Below, one piece after another: positions 17,637 to 25,848 of a stretch of DNA of 44,338 nucleotides. How positions within the stretch are numbered: the stretch's first letter is position 1; each line of letters starts with the position of its first letter. Source of the stretch: a virus (Duplodnaviria > Caudoviricetes); IMG/VR virus record IMGVR_UViG_3300049202_000013, positions 1 to 44,338 of that record. One strand, written 5' to 3'. The position numbers were made by a program, and so were the translations under genes. Below the pieces are notes generated by a model that saw only the letters and a list, made by a program, of their open reading frames with translations, did no database searches and had not been told where the DNA came from.

Positions 17637-18680
17637 TTATACGGCCTGCCCGTTGGCGATCAGCAGCGCCCTGAGTTGATTGGTTAATGCCTTTAAATCG
17701 TTGAGCATTGTTTGCTCTGTAGCGGTGTAGGCAGCGCCGGCAGTCGCGGAAATAGCCGCATTAACCGCCGCTTCGGTTTGTGGTGTTTTACCGTTGCACC
17801 CAAACCCGTTAGTCAGCGTCAGGTTGTCAAATGTCGGCCCTGATGTTGGTCCAATATTTTGCGGGGTGGACAGCGTAATCCCCCCGGCGGAGTTGGTGAC
17901 CGACACCTGATTAGCTGTTCCGGTTATGGCTGCGCGCACGGGCGCTGCGCCCGTCGAACCAATTAGCAGCTGCCCATTCGTGGGGGCGGCAGTACTGGTT
18001 AATGCGCCACCCGCGCCGCTGTACATAAAAGAATTGGCCGTCAGCCCAGAGAGTGTCAGCCCCGTATACGCCGGGCTTGATCCAACCCCGATATTCTGTG
18101 GCAGCGATAACGTAATGCCACCCGCCGAGTTGGTGACCGTGATTTGATTGGCGGTCCCTGTCAGTTGCGCGGCAACTGGATCGCTCCCCGTGCTGCCAAT
18201 CAATAATTGGCCGTTCGTCGGGGCGGCCGTCGAAGATAGAAGACCACCAGCGCCCGAATAGAGGAATGACCTCGCCGTTAACCCCGACAGCGTTAGCGCG
18301 GAAAATGTCGGCGCGGCAGCGGCATGAATATCTTGCGGGGTCGAAAGCGTAATCGTGCCTGCGCCGTTCGTGACGGTAATGCGATTGACCGTACCAGTCA
18401 GCGATGCCAGCGAGGGCGATGCGCCTGTGCTCCCTACTAGAATCTGTCCATTGGTAGGGGCTATCGTCGAAGTCAGCTCGCCGGAGCCGTTGAGATAAAC
18501 AATTCCATAGGGGGTTCCGCTCGCCGGAACGTACACGAACGATACCGGTAGAGTGCTGTTTTCTCCGCCGAACAAGGCAGCAATTCGACCAAGCGCTTTA
18601 AGGAACTCCGATGTAGCCAGCCCGGTATCTGGGTCGATAATCGGCGCTCTTGCTGGCCACAAGCGATACACATCGGTCAT
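17637..18680 (-). CDS. Tail needle or fibre with three ~79 aa repeats
   Basis: Directly after the gp10-like hub; triple repeat and C-terminal coiled coil. Confidence 0.7.
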   Translation of the reverse strand: MTDVYRLWPARAPIIDPDTGLATSEFLKALGRIAALFGGENSTLPVSFVYVPASGTPYGIVYLNGSGELTSTIAPTNGQILVGSTGASPSLASLTGTVNRITVTNGAGTITLSTPQDIHAAAAPTFSALTLSGLTARSFLYSGAGGLLSSTAAPTNGQLLIGSTGSDPVAAQLTGTANQITVTNSAGGITLSLPQNIGVGSSPAYTGLTLSGLTANSFMYSGAGGALTSTAAPTNGQLLIGSTGAAPVRAAITGTANQVSVTNSAGGITLSTPQNIGPTSGPTFDNLTLTNGFGCNGKTPQTEAAVNAAISATAGAAYTATEQTMLNDLKALTNQLRALLIANGQAV

Positions 18681-20065
18681 GCGATCACCGCGTAACAATC
18701 GGCCATGTAAAATGGCACCGGATCGGTTACATAAAATTCAAAGAGCCTTTGGCGAGAGCCGCCCATATGCCTAACAATCGGCTGCCGAACATAATTTCCG
18801 CCAACCCCTAGTCCGAGCAGTCTTTCATTGCTCCACGACTGGCCGTTGTCATCCGACCACCGAACCGCCATCTTCGGATCAGATCCTTGTCCGGTTGTTA
18901 GCCCGTTACCAACATCCATAACGAACTTGATTTTTTTGTACCGCAACCGCCTGCCGTCTTCGGCAATAACGCGAGTCCTGCGCAACACACGGAGGATTGC
19001 GCCGTCATCGTCATACGCATCGCGATCGATCGAATAGAGGTTCCCCTCTATCCCGCCAAACAAATGCTTTCCGTAGGCGTTGACATAGGCCGCCGAATGA
19101 TGGGTTTCGTAATCCCAATGCTTGCGCTTGTGCCATTGCTGGGTGGAAATGTCGTAAACGTGCGTGCCGCGATTCGGGATCGTCAGCACGTAGAATTTAT
19201 GGCCGTGATCGGTGTACGAATACGAGAACGCATTACGCAGATCGGCTTCGTAGCCGTCTTTCAGGTAGTTCGATAACTCGGTATTCGTTCCTTCATCACT
19301 CACAACAACCGGTGTATAGCCTTGCAGTCGGTAGACCATCAGGTCATTGCCGAGAAAGAACGTAGTGTTGTCATCTTTCGAGATGGAGAATCTCGCATAC
19401 AACCCGCGCTCGATAGCCGCAGAGCCGTTGCGCTCAAACGGGAAGTCCGCATTCCCGGTGTTGCTCCACACCTCTATTGTTTCCTCGCCGAAGCACAGGG
19501 CCTCGCCGTGATCTTCAACTATCGCCAGGGTGTCGTCGGGAGATTTTTCGTTGGTAGCAAAATCCAGCGCATTGAAGTCCGTACCGTCACCCAGCGCCGA
19601 GATAAACCACTGACCGTCCGCTATGGAAAATAGGAAGTACCCATCAACAAAATCGACAGTATCCGCGCCCGGAAAATCAGGGTCGGCGATCGTGGATAGA
19701 GTGTTTGTGCTGGCCGTATACACGTAGCCTTGGCGCCCGGTGCCAGTCACGATAACAAGCTGATCGCCGTTGTCAGACATAGATACGCGATCCGAGCCAC
19801 CAATAGAGCCTATAACCGTTCCGGAAAATGACGAATTGAATTTGTGCAGGGAGCTGCCAAACACAAAATACGGAACGCTAGCCATTTTGTGTGCGCCGCG
19901 GCATGCGCCAGATACCGTCGCGTGCTTTGTGCTTCCGGGGCATCCCACCAAGGCGAATTGATTTCGTCCACCTGGCGACGGGACAACAAAGCAATTTACC
20001 GAGGACTGATTGCAAATCACCTTCGACAGCGCTTGTTGTTGTGATCCCATCAAGTCAATTTTCAA
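18677..20065 (-). CDS. Tail hub / DNA stabilisation protein (P22 gp10-like)
   Basis: 462 aa beta-rich; VSMSDNG, DGYF, PD..AI, WSDDNG..WSNE motifs. Confidence 0.85.
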   Translation of the reverse strand: MKIDLMGSQQQALSKVICNQSSVNCFVVPSPGGRNQFALVGCPGSTKHATVSGACRGAHKMASVPYFVFGSSLHKFNSSFSGTVIGSIGGSDRVSMSDNGDQLVIVTGTGRQGYVYTASTNTLSTIADPDFPGADTVDFVDGYFLFSIADGQWFISALGDGTDFNALDFATNEKSPDDTLAIVEDHGEALCFGEETIEVWSNTGNADFPFERNGSAAIERGLYARFSISKDDNTTFFLGNDLMVYRLQGYTPVVVSDEGTNTELSNYLKDGYEADLRNAFSYSYTDHGHKFYVLTIPNRGTHVYDISTQQWHKRKHWDYETHHSAAYVNAYGKHLFGGIEGNLYSIDRDAYDDDGAILRVLRRTRVIAEDGRRLRYKKIKFVMDVGNGLTTGQGSDPKMAVRWSDDNGQSWSNERLLGLGVGGNYVRQPIVRHMGGSRQRLFEFYVTDPVPFYMADCYAVIA

Positions 20066-20760
20066 TACACTTGCTCCGGCATCAGGAACACAGAACCCTG
20101 CTCCGAATCGCTATCCTCCGCATCGGCGAGGGATTGCACCGCCATCGCCATAATGTCTGACTTGTCCTGGCCAACCACCTCATACATCGGGCAAAGCCGA
20201 AGCGCGAGGCTGTAGACAATGGCCTCCAGCCACTCCGAGGGGAAGTGCGGCGTATTGGCCAGGCTATCGAAGTCCTCGATATAGGATTTGTACGAAAACT
20301 TGATCGAATCGGTGTCATCCGGCGACGGCCATACATATAAAACGGAGCGGGTCAGTTGCGGATCGAAATACACATAGACCGGCGTGCCGTCCTGATCTTT
20401 GGACGGCTGGGTCATATACTCGTTGCGGGAGCGTATTTGAATCTCGGTCTCGACCGAATCCACCACCCGCCGAGCATTGGCTATCTCGATAGGCCGATTA
20501 ATCACGAGATCTGCGGCAGCAGGACCGAGCGTATACGACGCCTGACTAACCACAAGCGGCAAGGTGGCTTCTTGCCATACCCATGCCTTCAAGCCCTTTT
20601 TGGACCATGCTTTGCACATCCGATTAAGCGTGCGCATGGCGTAATCGAGCTGCTCGGCCGTCGGCGTTTCATCGTCTTCAAGGCCGCCGATCAGGATTAG
20701 CGCGTCCTTGATTATCTCAGTGGCGCTTTGGTCGAAATTAACACTGGCCGAAGTAGTCAT
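20062..20760 (-). CDS. Head-tail adaptor (P22 gp4-like)
   Basis: IIKDAL..LNRM..W, EAIVYSLA.RL.P.Y motifs; gene order. Confidence 0.8.
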   Translation of the reverse strand: MTTSASVNFDQSATEIIKDALILIGGLEDDETPTAEQLDYAMRTLNRMCKAWSKKGLKAWVWQEATLPLVVSQASYTLGPAAADLVINRPIEIANARRVVDSVETEIQIRSRNEYMTQPSKDQDGTPVYVYFDPQLTRSVLYVWPSPDDTDSIKFSYKSYIEDFDSLANTPHFPSEWLEAIVYSLALRLCPMYEVVGQDKSDIMAMAVQSLADAEDSDSEQGSVFLMPEQVY

Positions 20761-20769
20761 GGTGCCGCC

Positions 20770-21012
20770 TTATAAATCGTCTTTTGTCACCTGACCGTAT
20801 TCCAGATAGACAGGCTCAGAGTCGGGTCGCGTTTCGGAGGGTGCTTGTTCGACCGGTGGCGGTCTTTGCAAATCGAGGGGATGGCGAGCCTGCGCGTACT
20901 CTTTTGCGACGATCAGGCCGTCCCACTGTTTTACACACTCAGAACGGAGACGCTTCTGGCCAGACCGATCGCATCGAACGAGGAAGTCGCCTTCCTTGTA
21001 GTAGTTGCGCAT
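20770..21012 (-). CDS. Hypothetical virion-region protein
   Basis: CDRSG..K.WDGL.V..HP motif; tight packing. Confidence 0.7.
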   Translation of the reverse strand: MRNYYKEGDFLVRCDRSGQKRLRSECVKQWDGLIVAKEYAQARHPLDLQRPPPVEQAPSETRPDSEPVYLEYGQVTKDDL

Positions 21013-21020
21013 ACCACACC

Positions 21021-21335
21021 TCAGATGCCATCCGGTTGACTGGTCGTAATCTTCACCGATCCAGCGCCGCTGTTCAGCACGTACTTCAGCGCAAAAACAG
21101 AACCGTCGATCTTCTTCGCTGCGTCGGCGGTCGCCGCAACCATATCGGTAACACCTACCCAGTTCGCATTGGTGGCCGGATCGCTGATGTCGTAGATATT
21201 TTCGAGTGTGTAGAAGATCGTGTAATCCACCGTGCCGGTCACTTCGGCCTGCACGGATGTAGAGGCGTTCCGATAACTGACCGGGTAGACCTTCGGGCTG
21301 GTTGCTGCGGCAAGGGTAAAACTGTTAGGGCGCAT
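21021..21335 (-). CDS. Hypothetical structural protein
   Basis: Beta-rich ~104 aa, GGAGG RBS. Confidence 0.7.
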   Translation of the reverse strand: MRPNSFTLAAATSPKVYPVSYRNASTSVQAEVTGTVDYTIFYTLENIYDISDPATNANWVGVTDMVAATADAAKKIDGSVFALKYVLNSGAGSVKITTSQPDGI

Positions 21336-21360
21336 GATGCCCTCCAAATAAGTGAAAAAT

Positions 21361-21378
21361 GGAGGGGCGAACCCCTCC
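21361..21378 (-). terminator. Intrinsic terminator (UUCG loop)
   Basis: GGAGGGG-TTCG-CCCCTCC-ATTTTT on the - strand. Confidence 0.65.
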
Positions 21379-21383
21379 CATCA

Positions 21384-22328
21384 TCAAGCGTCTGTTGATG
21401 CCGTCCAGTTGATCAACATGCCCTTTTCCCCCGCAAGATTCACCACATACACAGGGTCCTGTACAACGAAAGTTGCTCCAGTAACCGCCTCGGTGATGTT
21501 TGCTGCGTTGTCATTCAGCCGGATGTTGATATTCGGGCCAACTTGACCAGTTGACGCCGTGATCGTATCGACCAAGAAAATATCTGCCGCGTTGCGAGTG
21601 CGGAAATACTGGAAGTCATGGACAAACAGATCGGTCGTTGCCGTAGTGCGAATATCAATACCGCCGACAGCGAAGTTGCCATCCATATAGCGGCCAACAA
21701 TTTCGATATGATCGCCACCAACGATGGCAATACCGGCATTGGTGCCAGCAGCCGTTGCACCATCGTAATCGTTCACATCGATGTACAGCCGATCAGCCGC
21801 AGCGGTAGTCAAAACGCAATCAGTACACTGGCCGGTCACATCACGATAGTTGAGCTGGAGCCTGCAATCAGCGGCGGAGACCGTAATCGCCGCAACAATC
21901 GCGTCTATGCCGCCCGTCACAAGGCAGTTCCAGAAGGTGCAATTTGCCGCCGACATTGCGATGGTCGATGTGGTTGCTGTCAGGTTGAAGGTAGGGCGAT
22001 TTGAGCCAACACCTAGACCAACAACAGCCACGCCCGCCACATCAATGGCTAGTGCGGTAGCGCTGGCGATCGTTTCGGCGTGACCCGGCTTAACCATGAC
22101 GATGTCGCCGCGATTTGCCACGCAGCGCCCAACAGCATAATCCACAGTGGCAAACGGCTGATCGAACGTGCCTTTGTTGCTATCCGATCCACCAATCTGT
22201 CCCGGAAGGAGGGCGGTAGAATTAGATACCCAAAATACTTGACCTGGGTGCATTTGAGTAATGGGAACGCCGCGGATGGCGATGCCATTGGCGAACCCGT
22301 TGGGGTAATTTGCGATTTTCGATGTCAT
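21384..22328 (-). CDS. Putative capsid-associated fibre or decoration protein
   Basis: 314 aa A/T/G/V-rich beta-helix-like protein directly after the capsid gene. Confidence 0.6.
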   Translation of the reverse strand: MTSKIANYPNGFANGIAIRGVPITQMHPGQVFWVSNSTALLPGQIGGSDSNKGTFDQPFATVDYAVGRCVANRGDIVMVKPGHAETIASATALAIDVAGVAVVGLGVGSNRPTFNLTATTSTIAMSAANCTFWNCLVTGGIDAIVAAITVSAADCRLQLNYRDVTGQCTDCVLTTAAADRLYIDVNDYDGATAAGTNAGIAIVGGDHIEIVGRYMDGNFAVGGIDIRTTATTDLFVHDFQYFRTRNAADIFLVDTITASTGQVGPNINIRLNDNAANITEAVTGATFVVQDPVYVVNLAGEKGMLINWTASTDA

Positions 22329-22378
22329 GATGTTGCTCCAAATGTCTGACCGAACACCCCGAAGGGCTGGATAAAACG

Positions 22379-22397
22379 GAGGGGGCGAACCCCCTCA
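22379..22397 (-). terminator. Intrinsic terminator after the major capsid gene
   Basis: GAGGGGG-TTCG-CCCCCTC-CGTTTT on the - strand. Confidence 0.65.
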
Positions 22398-22416
22398 AAG
22401 TGCTCACGGGTTAATT

Positions 22417-23334
22417 TCAGGCGCCAGGCGAGCCAAACAGGCAGCGTGGATCTTCCCAGCCGCTGGCCTCCATGAAGAACGTCGCGAACCGCAGATTGCG
22501 GGTATCGAAATCGTTCTCTTGCACGGGAGCTGCCGCCGCCTCCGCCACAAACCGGCGCAAGCCGTTCGGGGCATCGGTCTGCACAAACCACGCATCGGAG
22601 TCATCGAGATAATTGCTAATGACCGTTTGCAGGTTGGTTTCTGTGCGAATGGCGTTGATGGCGTTGTTTGCCGTATCGCTTTCCTGAATCGATTTCAGGA
22701 CGCGGGCAAACTCGAATCGCTGCGCAGTCGGACCAATCAGCTTCTTGCCCTTGATGGCAACAGGCAATCCGCGATCATCAACCGCGTTGTCGATCTGGAT
22801 CATGATCTGCTCCAGAGCGGCGTGGGAGAAGTCAGCCGGCGTTGCCAGTTCGTTGCTGTACGTGCCGCCCGAAATATTCGGGTGATCCGTTGCGCAAAGC
22901 TCTTTGCCATCGTGGCCAGATCCCATTGTGTAGGAGCTGTTGAACGCACGATTGAAGTGGTTCCAATTGATGGTTTCCTGTGTCACGCGAGCGCTCCGAC
23001 CGATGAAATTGGCTTTTTTGAAGCCCAAATCATATTGGTTGAATTTCAGCATCTCGTAGGTGAACACAACGCCCATCGCGTAGGTCAGTTGGTTTAAGCG
23101 CGCCAAAAATCCTTGGCGGATGGTGTCGTAGTTAACCGGCGCGCCCTCGGCCTTACGTGGAAACAGCCCGGTACCAACCAGCATTACCGCCTCTTCATAC
23201 GCTTTTTCGGTGTCCATTGTGTCGAACACTTGCGTAAATTGGAGCGGATGCTCGTTGTAACCCTTGCCCCACCACTCTTTGACGCCAACTTGTAGCGCCT
23301 TCGGGACTGAACCCGTATTGATAATGCCTGTCAT
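22417..23334 (-). CDS. Major capsid protein (HK97 fold, Mu gpT-like family)
   Basis: 305 aa; DGKELCATDHP, DDRG, YL.D.DAWF, DF.T, W.DPR..GSPG motifs; followed by a terminator. Confidence 0.85.
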   Translation of the reverse strand: MTGIINTGSVPKALQVGVKEWWGKGYNEHPLQFTQVFDTMDTEKAYEEAVMLVGTGLFPRKAEGAPVNYDTIRQGFLARLNQLTYAMGVVFTYEMLKFNQYDLGFKKANFIGRSARVTQETINWNHFNRAFNSSYTMGSGHDGKELCATDHPNISGGTYSNELATPADFSHAALEQIMIQIDNAVDDRGLPVAIKGKKLIGPTAQRFEFARVLKSIQESDTANNAINAIRTETNLQTVISNYLDDSDAWFVQTDAPNGLRRFVAEAAAAPVQENDFDTRNLRFATFFMEASGWEDPRCLFGSPGA

Positions 23335-23345
23335 GATGATTCCCC

Positions 23346-23918
23346 TTAAACGCCGGTGGTGGAGGCGAGTTCATGTTCGTTGATACGAACTAACACTTTC
23401 GCGTTAGCCACCCCTGGTACGTTATCCGGGCGCTGTACAAAGCCCAGAATGCGCAGTTGCGCGGTAGCGGTTTTGTGATCCGAGCTGTCAAGCTCCATGC
23501 CGCTGGTGCCGGTCGTGGTGTTGCCTGCCGCTACAACGATGTCGGCGTTCTCACCCACATCAACCAGCGCCAACGCTGCACCGACGCCATCTTCCTGAAT
23601 CTCGAAAATCAGATCAGGATCGTCGGCGACCAGCACATAACGAGCAGTCGAGGCAGCACGATAGATCAGCGAATCGGCAGTGTCAGGAATAACACCAACC
23701 ACCGCGCCGCGAAGTGCATCACCAGCCGCAGCCTGCGCAACAGTAGGAACACCATCCGCATCGGCGGAGCCGCCAGATTTAACGAAGTCGCCAATGAAAA
23801 TGGCGGTGTTATCCGTTGCTGGAACGAAATATTTATTGCATTGACCGTTATACGGGGAGCCGCTGAGATGTTTGACAGGGCGCGCGCCGCATACTCGATC
23901 TACGTTAGTCGTAGCCAT
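23346..23918 (-). CDS. Capsid decoration / cement-like protein
   Basis: G.RP, IFIGD.V, V.DDP..FE.Q motifs; precedes the capsid gene. Confidence 0.65.
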   Translation of the reverse strand: MATTNVDRVCGARPVKHLSGSPYNGQCNKYFVPATDNTAIFIGDFVKSGGSADADGVPTVAQAAAGDALRGAVVGVIPDTADSLIYRAASTARYVLVADDPDLIFEIQEDGVGAALALVDVGENADIVVAAGNTTTGTSGMELDSSDHKTATAQLRILGFVQRPDNVPGVANAKVLVRINEHELASTTGV

Positions 23919-23933
23919 TTGAGTATCTCCGGG

Positions 23934-24368
23934 TTATTCAATCATGACGCCAGAGCGGGGGCGGTTGATCTTGATGCCCTCATTGCTGGCGAGGTCGGTT
24001 GCCTCTGATAGAAGCGATGTTTCTTTTAAGGCTCGTCGGGCTTCCTTCGCCGCTTGATCTTCCTCATACCACTCTTTAGGGATTTCCATGAGGACACCTT
24101 CAACGCCACCACCTACGGGCTTGCGCACTACACTGCCTAACTGGCTGGCATCACCAGCCTCTAACGGTGCCCCTTCTGTAGGGGCTCGTACTTGCTCATA
24201 ACCGGCGTCTTCAAACATCGCAACGCGGCCATCAACATCGTTAACAACGCGACGGACAAAGCCTTCGCGCTGCTCAAAATTCAACTTGTCGCGCGTACCG
24301 ATTGGGATGCGTTTTTTATGGGGAGACTTGCTACGGTCTGGACGTTCGTACTGGCCGCGTGGACTCAT
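23934..24368 (-). CDS. Hypothetical head-region protein
   Basis: GFVRRVVND..GR, LMEIPKEWYEED. Confidence 0.7.
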   Translation of the reverse strand: MSPRGQYERPDRSKSPHKKRIPIGTRDKLNFEQREGFVRRVVNDVDGRVAMFEDAGYEQVRAPTEGAPLEAGDASQLGSVVRKPVGGGVEGVLMEIPKEWYEEDQAAKEARRALKETSLLSEATDLASNEGIKINRPRSGVMIE

Positions 24369-25171
24369 TTCAACTCTCCCAAATCTTTCAATTCTTGAAT
24401 GTAGGTTTCCAGCTTCATGCCGCTATTTTTCAGCGAGGCCCAGACTGCCTTTTGCCCATCGTTCAGATCGGCGTAGGTGTGTCCTTTCGGCCTGCGTTCG
24501 CCACTGCTCGTACTCACCGCTGCCGGCTTCTCCTTGTTCGGGTTGGTAAACTTATGGGCAAATGCCCGCCTTACGTCAGCCTCGACCAGCGGCAAGAACT
24601 CGGCTCGCGATTTACCCTGAGCGCCATATTTTTGCGCGCGGATCAGGGCGTAATCGGTCATGTCCTCGTCTTTTTCGAACCACTTACTATTCCGTTCGGC
24701 AAAGTCTCGAACTTCTTCCGGGATTTCATCGGCCACAACAACCGGCTTTTCCTGCTCAACCTTGCGCAACTCACTGTCTGCCTCCTTGAAAGCATCAACA
24801 TCGCCTACCTCCACTGCCGCTGTGCGTTTGGCTTCCAGTTCTTCCAATACGCGCTTGCGCGTTAATTCGGCGACCTGCGCGGCATGCCTTGAAACAGCCT
24901 CTAGCTTGGCGTCCTTGTCCTTCATTGCCCGCTCTAACTTATGCAGGCGGTTAAATAATGGCTTGCGGCGCTCGAACTCGGCGGCATCTACCCATTCTTC
25001 TGGGTCTTTGCCTGCTTCAATCCATGCGTCTTTATCGGTCCAGCCCGCTTTAACGGCCTTTTCGATAACGGGATCAACAACAGGGTTATCCTGTGTGTCG
25101 TCTACCTGATCACCGGCTGCCGGTGCATCAATCACCACATCATCAATCTGCGCCAATTGTTCGGTGCTCAT
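24365..25171 (-). CDS. Scaffolding protein
   Basis: Acidic coiled coil with GW..WVDA.EF and N.WF motifs, between portal and capsid. Confidence 0.75.
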   Translation of the reverse strand: MSTEQLAQIDDVVIDAPAAGDQVDDTQDNPVVDPVIEKAVKAGWTDKDAWIEAGKDPEEWVDAAEFERRKPLFNRLHKLERAMKDKDAKLEAVSRHAAQVAELTRKRVLEELEAKRTAAVEVGDVDAFKEADSELRKVEQEKPVVVADEIPEEVRDFAERNSKWFEKDEDMTDYALIRAQKYGAQGKSRAEFLPLVEADVRRAFAHKFTNPNKEKPAAVSTSSGERRPKGHTYADLNDGQKAVWASLKNSGMKLETYIQELKDLGELK

Positions 25172-25506
25172 GCCGCACCTCGCACGATCGCAGTGATGTC
25201 TTCATCGTTGAGAACGCGGTATTGCACGCCGTCCTCTTCGGTGACATAGCCGCCGTACTTGGCGAAGTGAACCTTGTCGCCCACCTTTGCCCACGGCTCG
25301 CCATCATCGAATGCACGCCATGCAGTACGTCCGATCGCTACCAGCTCGCCAATGGCAACCGCACTTTGTTTGCGCTTCTTGTCGGAATCGGCTATTTCAA
25401 ACCCCGACTTTTGCAGCTCTTGAAACCGCTGCATTTCCTTTTCCTCGATCTCGCTCAGCGGATCGGGTTTTACAATCACGCGATGACCTGCCGGCTCAAT
25501 CTTCAT
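25168..25506 (-). CDS. groES: Co-chaperonin GroES (Cpn10) homologue
   Basis: IEPAGHRVIVK...GELVAIG...KVGDKVHFAKYGG...YRVLNDEDITAIV. Confidence 0.88.
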   Translation of the reverse strand: MKIEPAGHRVIVKPDPLSEIEEKEMQRFQELQKSGFEIADSDKKRKQSAVAIGELVAIGRTAWRAFDDGEPWAKVGDKVHFAKYGGYVTEEDGVQYRVLNDEDITAIVRGAA

Positions 25507-25762
25507 TGGCTTCACCTTCTACAGGTTTAACTAAGGCTTCTTCGAGGGCATCGAAATCCAGAAACTCACCCAAACCGTCGAGCTTGTACCGGAGTGCGAT
25601 AAATTGAATGCCGAGCTGTTCAGCGGTGTTTTCGAGAGGGAGGGATAACAACTGCTCAATCAGAGCGGTCTTTTGTGTTTCGAGGTATTGAACGATGGCT
25701 GCTGTAGCCGGACTTCTTTGCCAATCTAGCCACATTTGTGGCGTTATCTTCGCTGTTTCCAT
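25496..25762 (-). CDS. Hypothetical protein
   Basis: 88 aa, GAGGA RBS. Confidence 0.65.
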   Translation of the reverse strand: METAKITPQMWLDWQRSPATAAIVQYLETQKTALIEQLLSLPLENTAEQLGIQFIALRYKLDGLGEFLDFDALEEALVKPVEGEANED

Positions 25763-25848
25763 AGGTTCCTCGCGGCCTTCACAGGCGGCAATAGTGGTTA
25801 GCTATCTACTAGCTATTTGCAGTTTACACTTTCTATTTGCTTTTTCAA

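Noticed and set aside
10631-18680. Diversity-generating retroelement or tail-fibre invertase system
   Set aside because: No reverse transcriptase or invertase ORF, and no template/variable repeat pair seen by eye
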